Origin: Mobula hypostoma
Taxonomy: Eukaryota
Assembly (NCBI RefSeq): GCF_963921235.1
Contig: NC_086097.1
Span: 78,060,001 to 78,124,000, forward strand
Reading direction: 5' to 3'
Length of the DNA stretch: 64,000 nt
Below are positions 25,254 through 38,472 of the stretch, piece after piece (the first letter of the stretch is position 1; each line of letters begins with the position of its first letter). The notes under the pieces are model-generated. The model worked only from the letters and a program-made list of their open reading frames with translations, did no database searches and was not told where the DNA came from. The position numbers were made by a program, and so were the translations under genes.

Positions 25254-26825
25254 CAGAGGTCCCCAACCACCGGGCCACAAAACATGTGCTACCGGGCTGC
25301 GAGGAAACAATATTATTTGGCGGTATGAAGCGATATGAGTCAGCTGCACCTTTCCCCATTCCCTGTCACGTCCACTGTTGAACTTGAACGTACACGATGT
25401 CATCAATCTGTATGAGTAAAAAACAAACGTCGTTTGAGAGTTTCTTTGAAAGAGGTTGAAGATGACATAAAAGGCCTAATGATGATGATAACGCAGAGAC
25501 AGCTGAGGCAGAGACTGCAAAAATAAAGAAAACTTCCTTTAACAGAAAATACGACGAGTCGTACATAAAATATGGCTTTATTGCAACCGGTGACTCGCAT
25601 GCTCCAAGCCCCCTGTGTGTGATATGTGGAGACAAGCTGTCTAATGAGGCAATGAAGCCCTCAAAACTGCTTCAGCACCTTGAGTCCGAGCGCCCTGCAC
25701 TTAAAGACAAACTCGTTGAGTATTTCGAGAGGAAAAAACGTGAGCAAGCGGGACAGAAGCAAATGCTGAGAGTAACGACCTCCACAGATGTTGCTGCTCT
25801 GAGAGCGTTGTACTTACTGACTAGCTGTGTGACATCTTCAACCTGCTCAATGAACTCAGTTTGTCACTTCAGGGGAGAATGACAACTGTCAAGTTGGCAG
25901 ATAAAGTGTCTGCTTTCAAAGCGAAACTGTAACTGTGGGGATGGTGAGTGGACAGGGGCATATTTGACTTGTTCCCAACATTAACTGGGATTTTGGGAGA
26001 GACTGAGGCTGCACCGTCTTTCTCACAGCTGGTGCGCGATCACCTAACTTCACTGTCGGCAGAATTTGAGCGTTACTTCCCAACCGCAAATGACCGAAGA
26101 CGTGCAAAGGAATGGGTCCGTGACCCATTTATGAATGTCCCCGGTGAATCATCCATGTCAGCGTGGGAAGAAGATCAACTCCTCAAGCTTGCAAATGACG
26201 GTGGGCTGAAAAGTATGCTTGACATAACATCTCTGCCGGCATTCTGGATCAAAGTCAAGGCTGAATATCCTGAGATAGCCATGAAAGCACTGAAAACGTT
26301 GCTTCCATTTCCAACATCATATCTCTGCGAAGCAGAGTTTTCTGCAATGAATGCAACGAAAACTAAATTGCGGAATAGACTGGACATAAAGAACCCCCTT
26401 CAAGTATCGCTGTCTCCCATCACCCCTTGATGGGACCGTCTTGTTGCAGGGAAACAAGCCCAGGGCTCCCACTGATTCACTGATGATTGCAATGATTTTA
26501 TATGTTCAAACAAGGAAAATATGCGCTGTGTGTTTAATATCCAAACGTTACTTAAAATGTTATGATGCTATTGACTTATAAGTGACATTATTGGCTTATC
26601 ACTATATTCATGGGAGGAAAATATGTGCTGTCTGTTTAATATTAAATTTTTTAGATAAACCCTTTTAGAAATGAAATTGAGTGTATTATTAGCCACTTAC
26701 AAGTGACTTATAGTTTCAACTATATTCCAGGTCGCAATTAACAACCCACCTCCCGGTTGGCCGGTCTGCAAGAATATTATCAATATTAAACCGGTCTGCG
26801 GTGCAGAAAAGGTTGGGGACCCCTG
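25254..26825 (+). mobile_element. hAT-Charlie transposon, internally deleted
   Basis: 15-bp TIRs CAG(A/G)GGTCCCCAACC; 8-bp TSD CACTATGA (25246-53, 26826-33); BED-like N-terminus (CVICGDKLSNEAMKPSKLLQHL) and C-terminal dimerisation region (FPTSYLCEAEFS). Confidence 0.95.
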
Positions 26826-27279
26826 CACTATGACCCCACCAAGAGCAAAGGACTATGTTAATAAACAGATTCTGCCGACTGGTTATCGAGCCAACATTCC
26901 AAGTATACAACCTACAAGCTCTTTGTGTAGATTAATTATCCACTCGGGGCTCTGCCAGCGGTGCAGCTTGACAACTACCTCCAGGATTCTATTGCCATTA
27001 AAAACGCTGAGCTTTCGTAGCTGGAAGTGTCGACAATCTAGATTTATGCAGATACTGGAAGGATAAAATGTAGTTATTTCAATACCAAAGCCAAAATTAT
27101 ACCTTCACTGGATTTGAGGGAATTCTGTTCACGTTTGCATTCCAATTCCTTTCATCAGATCAGCTGGATGGCAACTCTGCCCAGATCTTGACTGCAAAAT
27201 ACTACAAGATAAAACCCCAGAACATAGAAGACAGCCACCTCATTATAGTTCTAATATTCTTTTAGACACTGGAGTTTAT

Positions 27280-27469
27280 TTGGCCCATTGAGTTGATGCA
27301 GGCCCGCACACTAGGTCATAATTGGCTCCTTGTTACCTACGCTCTCCAGATTTTCCTGCCAGTCACTTATTCTTGGGGTAGCTTACAATAACCGATTAAC
27401 AATACATCTATGGAAAGTGGGGGCAAACCAGAGCACTCAGAGGGGACCCACACAGTAATGGGAAACATA
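27280..27469 (-). mobile_element. HE1/V-SINE-like element, 3' half (split by CR1)
   Basis: GTGGGGGCAAACCAGAGCACTCAGAGGGGACCCACACAG is V-domain-like; continues at 30551. Confidence 0.6.
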
Positions 27470-30400
27470 GAAACACAGAAACATAGAAAATAGGTGCAGG
27501 AGTAGGCCATTCGGCCCTTCAAGCCTGCACCACCATTTATTATGATCATGGCTGATCATCCAACTCAGAACCACACCCCAGCCTTCCCTCCATACCCCCT
27601 GACCCCCGTAGCCACAAGGGCCATATCTAACTCCCTCTTAAATACAGCCAATGAACTGGCCTCAACTGCTTCCTGTAGCAGAGAATTCCACAGATTCACC
27701 ACTCCCTGTGTGAAGAAGTTTTTCCTAATCTCGGTCCTAAAAGGCATCCCCTTTATCCTCAAACTGTGACCCCTTGTTCTGGACTTCCCCAACATCGGGA
27801 ACAATCTTCCTGCATCTAGCCTGTCCAATCCCTTTAAGATTTTATACGTTTCAATCAGATACCCCCTCAATCTTCTAAATTCCAATGAGTACAAGCCCAG
27901 TTCATCCAGTCTTTCTTCATATGAAAGTCCTGCCATCCCAGGAATCAATCTGGTGAACATTCTTTGCACTCCCTCTATGACAAGGATGTCTTTCCTCAGA
28001 TTAGGGGACCAAAACTGCACACAATACTCCAGGTGTGGTCTCACCAAGGCCTTGTACAACTGCAGTAGTACCTCCCTGCTCCTGTACTCAAATCCTCTCG
28101 CTATAAATGCCAGCATACCATTCGCCTTTTTCACCGCCTGCTGTACCTGCATGCCCACTTTCAATGACTGGTGTATAATGACACCTAGGTCTCGTTGCAC
28201 CTCCCCTTTTCCTAATCGGTCACGATTCAGATAATAATCTGTTTTCCTGTTTTTGCCACCAAAGTGGATAACTTCACATTTATCCACATTAAATTGCATC
28301 TGCCATGAATTTGCCCACTCACCCAACCTATCCAAGTCACCCTGCATCCTCTTAGCATCCTCCTCACAGCTAACACTGCCACCCAGCTTTGTGTCATCCG
28401 CAAACTTGGAGATGCTGCATTTAATTCCCTCATCCAAGTCATTAATATATATTGTAAACAACTGGGGTCCCAGCACTGAGCCTTGCGGTACCCCACTAGT
28501 CACTGCCTGCCATTCCGTTTATTCCCACTCTTTGCTTCCTGTCTGCTAACCAATTCTCCATCCACATCAATACCTTACCCCCAATACCGTGTGCTTTAAG
28601 TTTGCACACTAATCTGTGTGGGACCTTGTCAAAAGCCTTCTGAAAATCCAAATATACCACATCCACTGGTTCTCCCCTATCCACTCTACTAGTTACATCC
28701 TCAAAAAATTCTATGAGATTCGTCAGACATGATTTTCCTTTCACAAATCCATGCTGATGATTTCACCGCTTTCCAAATGTGCTGTTATCACATCTTTGAT
28801 AACTGACTCCAGCAGTTTCCCCACCACCGACGTTAGGCTAACCAGTCTATAATTCTCCGGTTTCTCTCTCCCTCCTTTTTTAAAAAGTGGGGTTACATTA
28901 GCCACCCTCCAATCCTCAGGAACTAGTCCAGAATCTAACGAGTTTTGAAAAATTATCACTAATGCATCCACTATTTCTTGGGCTACTTCATTAAGCACTC
29001 TAGGATGCAGACCATCTGGCCCTGGAGATTTATCTGCCTTCAATCCCTTCAATTTACCTAACACCACTTCCCTACTAACATGTATTTCGCTCAGTTCCTT
29101 CATCTCACTGGACCCTCTGTCCCTTACTATTTCTGGAAGATTATTTATGTCCTCCTTAGTGAAGACAGAACCAAAGTAATTATTCAATTGGTCTTCCATG
29201 TCCTTGCTCCCCATAATCAATTCACCTGATTCTGTCTGTAGGGGACCTACATTTGTCTTTACCAGTCTTTTCCTTTTTACATATCTATAAAAGCTTTTAC
29301 AGTCAGTTTTTATGTTCCCTGCCAGTTTTCTCTCATAATCTTTTTTCCCCTTCCTAATTAAGCCCTTTGTCCTCCTCTGCTGAACTCTGAATTTCTCCCA
29401 GTCCTCAGGTGAGCCACTTTTTCTGGCTAATTTGTATGCTTCTTCTTTGGAATTGATACTATCCCTAATTTCTCTTGTCAGCCACGGGTGCACTATCTTC
29501 CTTGATTTATTCTTTTGCCAAACTGGGATGAACAATTGTTGTAGTTCATCCATGCAATCTTTAAATGCTTGCCATTGCATATCCACCGTCAATCCTTTAA
29601 GTGTCATTTGCCAGTCTATCTTAGCTAATTCACGTCTCATACCTTCAAAGTTACCCCTCTTTAAGTTCAGAACTTTTGTTTCTGAATTAACTATGTCACT
29701 CTCCATCTTAATGAAGAATTCCACCATATTATGGTCACTCTTGCCCAAGGGGCCTCTCACGACAAGATTGCTAATTAACCCTTCCTCATTGCTCAAAACG
29801 CAGTCCAGAATAGCCTGCTCTCTAGTTGGTTCCTCGACATGTTGGTTCAAAAATCCATCCCGCATACATTCCAAGAAATCCTCTTCCTCAGCACCTTTAC
29901 CAATTTGGTTCACCCAATCTACATGTAGATTGAAGTCACCCATTATAACTGCTGTTCCTTTATTGCACACATTTCTAATTTCCTGTTTAATACCATTTCC
30001 GACCTCACTACTACTGTTAGGTGGCCTGTACACAACTCCCACCAGCGTCTTCTGCCCCTTAGTGTTACGCAGCTCTACCCATATTGATTCCACATCTTCC
30101 CGGCTTATGTCCTTCCTTTCTATTGCGTTAATCTCTTCTTTAACCAGCAACGCCACCCCACCTCCCCTTCCTTCATGTCTATCCCTCCTGAATATTAAGT
30201 ATCCCTGAACGTTGAGTTCCCATCCTTGGTCACCCTGGAGCCATGTCTCTGTGATCCCAACTATATCATAATCATTAATAACAATCTGCACTTTCAATTT
30301 ATCCACCTTATTACGAATGCTCCTTGCATTGACACACAAAGCCTTCAGGCGCTCTTTTACAACTCTCTTAGCCCTTATACAATTATGTTGAAAAGTGGCC

Positions 30401-30550
30401 CTTTTTAATGCTTGCCCTGGAATTGTCAGCCTGCCACTTTTACTTTTCTCCTTAGTACTTTTTGCTTCTACCCTCACTTTACACCCCTCTGTCTCTCTGC
30501 ACTGATTCCCATCCCCCTGTTGTGAACTAACCTCCTCACGCCTAGCCCAC
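27470..30550 (-). mobile_element. Young CR1 LINE, near-complete ORF2 (APE endonuclease and RT)
   Basis: ORFs 28741-30570 (NARSIRNK, GITETW, VYRPPN, GDFN, SDHN), 28496-28744 and 27565-28503 (FADDTK); AAACA(C/T)AG tail; AACATA duplicated at 27464-69 and 30551-56. Confidence 0.97.
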
Positions 30551-30650
30551 AACATACAAATTCCACACAAACAGCTCCAGAGGTCAGGACTGAACCCAAG
30601 TTATAGCAGCTGAAATATCCAAACTAACTGCTGCAGCATTGCATTGCCCT
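30551..30650 (-). mobile_element. HE1/V-SINE-like element, tRNA-derived 5' half
   Basis: ACATACAAATTCCACACA...GGTCAGGACTGAACCC (B-box-like on the minus strand). Confidence 0.55.
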
Positions 30651-31003
30651 GTAATATACGTACTTTGTAAATCATAATCACTTAATATGCAGTGGTGCAA
30701 ATTATTCATCATTTTTGCACCAATATAGGCCGGCAAATGCTGCAGATGCAGGTAATTGAGATCACAATACCTTTTCAGTGTTTTGTCCCCTGAGGAAATA
30801 GTAGATGTGGCCAAAGAGTTTCACATTCTATTGACTTCCACCCACAAGTTGATCAGTCACTGAAACCAAAGAGATTTCAAAAATTCCCTGTCCGCTTTCT
30901 GGGGATGAAAAACCTCCATGTTTTTGGAATAGCTTATTCCCTCTACCATCAGATTGTCGAACAGCCCATGAACCCGTAAACACTACCTTGTTATTCTTCT
31001 TTA

Positions 31004-31568
31004 GGAGTGTATGGGGTGTCAGGGAGGGGTAGCACCTCTGGTGGGGGAACATGTCGCGTCCTTTTCAAGGTGGTTAGTCCACCTTTGGTCTCCACCTGGC
31101 ACTCAGCTCTCACCTATGGCTCCCCGTAGCTGTTTGCATGCGACAGCAGCCACACCCCGGGCAATGGCTTCAACAAGCCGGCTAAACCAGGTGAGGGTAG
31201 CCGATGGGTCTCAAACCCTCGGTGAGATAGGGAGTTGTCTCTCCCAGCATGTGAAGACAGACTCCGGCGGATTGAGCGGACGAGACCAATGGAAGGTCCA
31301 ACGGTCAAGAAGGCGGTCTCTGCAAGTGTCGTGGAACGTGTAGAGCAGGACAAGACACAGAAGACGTCCTGGTCATCCACTGCACCTAGTCCCATCTCCA
31401 GCCGCCTAGACTCTGTCTTGCCACTGGATCCAGATGGGAATTGGGAAGAGAGAGTGCGGCTGACGCTGCGCAACTCTCCCTCACTTAAATCCAAGTGACG
31501 CGCTAGTCTCGACACCATCATAATGGTGTCGAGGTCCTCATCGACATCAACGATGGACGAACAACAAC
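31004..31568 (+). mobile_element. Non-autonomous retroelement with (ACA)n tail, probably RTE-mobilised
   Basis: 11-bp TSD ATTCTTCTTTA (30993-31003, 31569-31579); tail type shared with the RTE at 59680. Confidence 0.75.
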
Positions 31569-34500
31569 ATTCTTCTTTAAAACTATTTATTTTTGTAATC
31601 TATAATAAATTTTGTGTCTGCACTGTACTGCTGCTGCAGACAACACACTGTACATCAGTAATAATAAACATGATTCTGATTTTGATCATCTCACTGCAGA
31701 ATGTGCCAGCCTGTGGGAGGCAAAATAAACTGTAAAATTTACGGTGTTTAATATTTATTTAGTGTTTGTGACTACTAAAAACAATACACTTATTTAAACA
31801 CATTAAAGTTACAAAAATAATGAAAATAACTAAATAAATAAAGTTCAGAAATGCTTTCCATTTACCTTCCATTACATTTTTACAGTCACAGGTGGAGTAA
31901 AGTGGAGAGGCCAGAAACAAAGTGTATCTAACCGCCCATTTCAGCTCATTAAAGAAAGTGAGTTGCATCATGACCATGGGTCCAACCACACACCAAATAT
32001 GGAGCATTCTGATATTTCTGCTATAGTGGGCATCCATATAAGTCTGGAGCACATGTAAGTCTCAAGCTAGCCCCTGTTCTTTTGGTCTGAGTAATCTGGC
32101 CTAATGCATTTGGACTGTAATCACTGTGAGCTGGAAATTGAGCTATCCCAGAAAACAGTTCCTCATGGGTCGGTGCCAATTTAGCACAGGGAAACCCAGG
32201 CAGTCGCAATCTTCCCTGCTTGAAGTGAAACTCTATATGTCCTTCCCACAGCCAGTTCTTGCCGCTGCAAATCACACAGCTGGCAGGTTACAAGAAGTGG
32301 GCGAGGATGGAATAATGGTAGAATGAGCATTGTAAGACATCCTGAAGAGAGGATCAAAAGGGAGAGGGAAACAGAGATGTGCTTAAACTTTAAAATATGT
32401 ACCACAAACTGGTTACAGCAACAGAAACTATAATTATTGGTTGATGAATTGGGTGGCAACTTTTTCAGGAATGGAGTTAGCAATGTTCTTTAGAGAAGTA
32501 ACCTTGCATTGTCTAGTCTAGGTTTTATTAACTTCAGGCCCAGTAATGTGCATTGTCTTCTAAAACAGCTGAGAGAAGCAGTGCCAATGAGAGACAGGCA
32601 ATAAATCCAAACTTTGTTAGTGGTGGTCAGAACAGATGTTTAAACCTCGGCTATTTGTGATCTTATTGAATGGCAAGAGGCCTAAGAAGCAAATTGGCCG
32701 ATAGACCATGTTCTTATTTTACTTCTTGCATTTGCACAAAACAATATTTTATAGAAATGTCTCAGATATTGAAAATTACCCTGAAGAATTAGAATTGAAG
32801 GTCAATCAGTATAATGGTCTGTAGAAATGCTACCCACCATTTCAGGGACTTCTGGAATGCTAGTATATAAGTCAATTATTATGAAAATTTGTGGAGAGTT
32901 CCTTTTTGTTGCTAGAAGATCCTATTAGCACTAGCAAAACAAAAATGATTAAATAATCTTCCATTGACTCAGTTGTCAGAGGCACTGCACTTATCTTTCA
33001 GCAGAAGTCTGCAGGTTTCCTGTGGACTAAAATTCTATCTACTTTCACTCATCCAATAGTTAAAAGACAGGGCAACCTCACTTAGATCCTTCAATCATTT
33101 GTTCCCTTTTTGACTTTACTTGACCTACACAAGATCCAATTAGGAAAAAACAAATATTTGCATGACTGTTCCTTAAATAAATACTGCTTCTGTGTATATG
33201 GTTCTTATCACAGTCAAGTGCAGGGTCAGCACTAAATTACCAAGAAATGTATTATTGCTAAGTATGAAGCAAATTCACTGGAAACATTGATACAAGAATG
33301 CCTGCATCTTGACATCGTGGGTCTGTACTATTGTAAGCTGCTTTCGTATTGGGAACTTTGAGAGCAGAATTCAGGCTGGTCAGTTCCACCTGTAGTTTCA
33401 ACCAAATTATATCAAATCTTCATTTCCAAACAATTTTGCACAATCAACCCCTGTCACCCTTCACTCCATCGGCCCTACCTAATAAAAATGCATCAGATCT
33501 ATGGACTCTACACAGAGAGTAAAGCAAGCCAAATATCCACTAGTCTTTAGCTGAATCTATATTGTTTGCTGAGGATAAGTCTGGATAGAAAATAACAGAT
33601 AGACATGGAAATTAAAAATTCTCCACGTGTCATTTTTTCCGGTCCCAGTGATGCCTGGGAAAGAAAGCATATTCAGGAGCCACCCCACCTTCTGTTCTAT
33701 CTCACTCTCAGTCTGTTACTCATGGTTGACAAATAACTTTTAAGTTAGTAGCAAGTAAATAGTGGGAACATTGGGTCATGTACAGAGGGGACGACAGGAT
33801 TAAGCATCTCATTTAAAAACTATTTATTAATCAAACACTGAATCACCACTTAAGAAAAGATTTCTACAGTTCAGTACATGCTTTATATAAAATCATTCCC
33901 CTAGGGTTGACAACAAATTGCAGACATCCTTTCAATGACTTCATTCAGCCTACACATGGCCAGTGAAGTATCAAACGATCTACTTGGTTCCCCTACAGGG
34001 AAATGCAATAATCAGCCGGTTAGCCGGAGCTGTTCCCTGGTAACATCCTGCTGCAATTCCCATGGCTCTCCGTGCTTCTTGGCCAGAGCACTAGTGGAGT
34101 CTATACAGCTGGAGGAACAAGGTCAACATTTTGTTCAGCTTACTACGTTGTTTAGTCTTTAATACATTCATTTCTACTGGAGTAGATTAATCGACTGGTA
34201 AAGAATGAAAATTTATTTACACTAACAAACAGCTTCATTCATCAAACTACTTTGTAGCATCAGTAAACAGTATAACAGGGTTGTTAGCTTTTGCTAAGCC
34301 CAAGATAAGATTATTTTTTGCGCCAAGCATTGACAATAAACCATCTCACGTAGCACATTTTGTTGTGACGATTGTCTAGTTTGAAAAGAATCATACAACT
34401 CAAGACAAGATATTTTGGACTTTTTTCAATTACATTGGGCTTATAAATATGGTCCTCATTGACCTCTTCAAGGAGGAGTATCAGGTAAAGAATTGATTCT

Positions 34501-34719
34501 GGGAAACAATCTCTACCTGCAATCCAGAGGGCAGTCTCTCCAGTAATTTTGAACTAAGCCATGGTGAAGGAGCTCTACCATCTCACTAGCAGGCCCATGA
34601 ACATCTTAAGGATGCACTTTAACTGCCTGCACAAATGCAGAAGCTCTTTAGCATCCTTCAGATCCATTCTCATGCCCAGCTTCGCCATTCAAACTGAGCT
34701 AAGCTTCCTTCTCTCATGT

Positions 34720-35833
34720 AATCAATAAGTGGTTGCTTCTCAATGAGAGGACAGCAGTGACACCCTCCCAGAAGGAAGCTGCCATGGGAACTCTTCAGAA
34801 TCAGCTTTATTATCAATGAGGGGTAGATAGTGCTGAGGAAGCATGCGATTGCAGCAGAACTTAGGCAAAAAAGGGCAGTGGAATACAGTGTTGGGAAATG
34901 CATGATAATACATTTTGGTAAAAGGAACAATAGTGCAGAGTATTTTCTAAATGGGGAGAAAATTCATACATCAGAGGTACAGAGGGACTTAGGAGTCCTC
35001 ATGCAAGACTCCTACCGAATGTTGATAGGACTAGATAGGGCGGATGTGGAGAGGATGTTTCCTATGGTGGAGTATCCAGAACTAGAGGGCACAGCCTCAA
35101 AATTAAGGAGCGACCTTTTAGAACAGAGGTAGGGAGGAATTCTTTTAGACAGACAGTATTGAATCTGTGGAATACTCTGCCACAGACTGTGATGGAGGTC
35201 AATTCCAAAAGTATACTTAAAGCAGAAGTTGATAGTTTCCTGATTGTTCAAGGCATCAAAGTTTATGGCAAGAAGGTAGGTGTACAGAGTTGAGTGGGAT
35301 TTGGGGTCAGCCATGATGGAATGGTGGAGTGGACTCGATGGGCTGAATGGCCCAATTCTTCTCCTATGTCTTCTTGTCTTAATACTTAGATGATGTGAAA
35401 ATTGTTTTGTGCAGTAGTACAGTGCAGACATATAACAATATGCAGCAAGTCCTGGTAACAACGCGGTACACAGCTCCATCGCTATCAAGCAACTCACTCA
35501 TGGGGTAGACCTGATGTTCTTAATAGCCAACAGTGTCTTATGATGGTGAGAAAGATATTAATGACAAACAATTTCACCTTTGGTTTTACCCGGAGAGGCC
35601 GCTGCAACCATGCTCGCAACCATCTTACCAGAACCTGCTCTCATCAGAAGACATTCTACCCCTTTCGTTCCTTTCTGTAGTTGGTCGTCCTGCTTTGCTT
35701 TAATTGGAATTACAGGAAGTGGTTGGACATGGCTGACAGTTTTGATTGAAGGAACGAAAGGGGTAGAATGGCAGCTTCCTTCTGGGAGGCTGTCATTGCT
35801 GTCTGGATCTTGAGAATTAACCACTTACTGATT
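34720..35833. repeat. Split long inverted repeat
   Basis: 34750-34785 complements 35768-35803 (34/36); 35652-35673 complements 35749-35770 (22/22); weaker extension 34720-34744 with 35810-35833. Confidence 0.9.
34816..35375 (+). mobile_element. CR1 3' fragment with internal deletion, nested in a Rex-type 3' tail
   Basis: YSVGKCMIIHFG, EVQRDLGVL, GLDRADVERMFP; CR1 3' UTR. Confidence 0.85.
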
Positions 35834-36284
35834 GAGATATTTTAAAATTTGTTCATAGGATCTGGCATTACTAACTATGCCAACATTTATTACCCATCTC
35901 TCATTAGCTCCCCATCTCCTCAGCTACCTTCGAGGGCAATATACATTACTGGGCCTACAATTACACACAACCCAGAGTGGATAATTATGCCAGATTTGCT
36001 TCCCCAATGAACATCTTTTTAAACAATGGAACATTTTAATGTCTGCCATTATTAAAAGAAAGAAACATTGGTAAATTCAATTACATTAGCAAATTGGTTT
36101 ATTAATGTCACATGTACAGAGGTATAGTGAAAACTTTGTTTTGCATGTTGTCCATACAGATAATTTCATTTACAACAGTTTATTGAGGTAGTACAAGGGA
36201 AACAATAATAGTGTGCAGAATGAAGTGTTATGGTTACATTGAAAGTGTAGTGCAAATAGTTAATCAGAGTCATTGCAAAGTACC

Positions 36285-36700
36285 TCCTAGAGAAGCACAA
36301 CCTTGTTGTGGTTTGGAGGCTTACGTGCCTTGCCTCAATATCCTGGAGAGTTACATTGGCTGGAGTCAGGGCCTCGTGTTGACTCTTGGTAGGGTCACCC
36401 ATGCCAAACAGGTCAAAGGGTACAGGCCAGTGGACAACGGTCCTCCAGGTTTGGGGCTTCAGCTCAGGGCTAACATCTCTGACTGGTCAAAAAAAATTGT
36501 TATGAAAACAGCAATGAAGAATCTTTCTCGATCTGTGCGTGAAGATATTCCTGAGTCTCTGCTTGGCATCTGCATGAATGACAGTAGTGGAAAGCAAGAA
36601 GAAGCTACTGAAATGATGGAAGAAGCAAAGAACACTGCCAAGACCAAGCAGAACCTTCATTGCTGCCTTAAATGCCAGCAGTATAAGAGGCAGTAACTAA
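36285..36700 (+). mobile_element. Short RTE-related non-autonomous element
   Basis: 5' part CAACCTTGTTGTGGTTTGGAGG...GGTAGGGTCACCCATG resembles RTE 5' UTRs; 3' part GCTGCCTTAAATGCCAGC...GGCAGTAA resembles RTE 3' ends (from recall). Confidence 0.5.
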
Positions 36701-36737
36701 CTGATTACAAGATAGATCATGAGGTGAAGAGTCTATC

Positions 36738-37685
36738 TGTCATATGGAGGTGCTGGGAGCAGACCCAAATGCAAGACACAGACACTGAAGTACTAGGAAC
36801 AGGACTTGACTAGAGACCTGGGACAAGAACACAGACTTGGCTAGGCAAGCAGGACCAGAACAAGGAACTAGGAACTTGGAACCCGGACAAGGACTCTGAG
36901 CCAGAGACTGGACAGGGACCTGGAACCTGGGTCTTGACTCGGGCTCGGACCCTGGATACAGGAGAGGATAAAACGTGGACAAATCCCCCTCCTTGGGAAC
37001 AGGACTTGGGACTGGGGCTCTACACAGAGTCAGGACCCCTCCTAGGGAGCAGGACATAGGGCTGGGACTTGTACACAGAACATTGAGAGACAGATGTCCA
37101 CTCAAGGTAACAGCAAACGGCCGGACCTACCCAGCAGAGCCGAGGGCACAAAGAGACGGTTCTCAATACAAGGTAGCGGCAAACGGCTGGACCTACCTAG
37201 CGAAGGCGTGGACACAGAGACAGTTCCCAACTCAAAGGAAGTGGCAAATGTCCGGACCTACCTAGTGAAGGCGTGGACACAGAGACAGTTCCCAATTCAA
37301 GGTAGTAGCAAACAGCCGGACCTACCTACCGAAGGTGAGGACACAAAGAGACAGTTCCAAACAATGAAAGACAGTTCCTTATCTAGACACAGCAAGGCCC
37401 CGGTCTTGCCCTGGTGGTTGAACCTGACGGCGTTACAGGCGAAGGTAGCAGGCGAGGCTTCAGGCGAAGGTAGCAGGCAAGGCTTCAGGAGGAAGGGGAA
37501 GGGGAGGGAACAGTCCAGCAACTGAAGCTGAACCTAGGAGCTGTTTATGTAGCCAGCCCAAAATGAGAATCATGTGCCTCAATTAAGGCACACAACAGAA
37601 CAAGGGAAAAGCAGAAAACCTGGAATAAGGATCAATAGACCGGACCGTGAACCGGAATGTGGACTTCACAGACCGGACCATGACA
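36738..37685 (-). mobile_element. Solo LTR (948 bp)
   Basis: TGTCAT...ATGACA termini; 5-bp TSD CTATC (36733-37, 37686-90); four internal ~60-70 bp tandem units. Confidence 0.85.
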
Positions 37686-38472
37686 CTATCCTTACCATAC
37701 AGGGGACCATTCAATTGTCTTAGAAAAAGGGAATAGAAGATTGTCTTGTCAAGAAACAAGTGATTGTCACACACTTCCCAAACTCATTTTGCTGTGTTGA
37801 TCACTCAGAAGCACAGCCTCGATTATCCTGCTATGTGGAAGTCCAAGTGAGACAGACTTGAGATTGCTTTCACAGAAGAAATCATGGAGTGATCTCCACA
37901 ATAACTCACTGATGGGCTTGACTCGACTTATCCTCACCTTATCAACTACACCTTGGGATTATGGCTCAAAAATAGTTTGTTGCCAGTCTGCGTTATTTCC
38001 CCTCATTTTATCAGCTTTATTACTGTTGTGGATTTGCAAGAAAGAAGGTCATAGTGAGCCCTCCAAAAAGGAAGTGCTGAGAGCATATCATTGTGAGATG
38101 CTTTGCAAGGACAACAGGTCAGTAATGCTGTGTCTAGTCACTAAAATTACATTGCTAATATATGCCCCTATCTTGATGGGCTCTGACAAAAGCAGACCTC
38201 TATCAGTTTATATTGGATGATATAAATATGCAGGATGAGGATTTGTTGGCCTGGACCTTTTCTGACTATCACATTTTGATGCTTTGCTGGGCTCTGTGTG
38301 CCGGGGTTATATTGTAGATGGCCCTGTAAGGATACTTACTCAGTATTTTTAAGAACAAAAGATATCAACATAAAGCTGGCCCGGATTGTTCTCTTTGGAG
38401 CGAGTTGATAGAAATATACATAACCATGACCACTTTAAAGAGGGTAAAGAGAGAGAAGTTGTTCTGCTAGTA

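Noticed and set aside
25619..26430. Domesticated ZBED/SCAND3-like gene
   Set aside because: Has TIRs, a TSD, stops and a large internal deletion, so it is a transposon copy.
29432..30208. 258-aa plus-strand ORF (similarly 61911-62513)
   Set aside because: Antisense shadow of a LINE coding frame.
28741..30570. 609-aa ORF as a host gene
   Set aside because: It is the CR1 ORF2 endonuclease/linker, and its N-terminus runs in from flanking sequence.
33935..34162. Possible exon
   Set aside because: Splice-like signals on both strands, weak donors and no homology recognised.
35652..35770. pre-miRNA
   Set aside because: A 75-nt loop and split outer arm do not fit a canonical miRNA hairpin; kept as an inverted-repeat finding.
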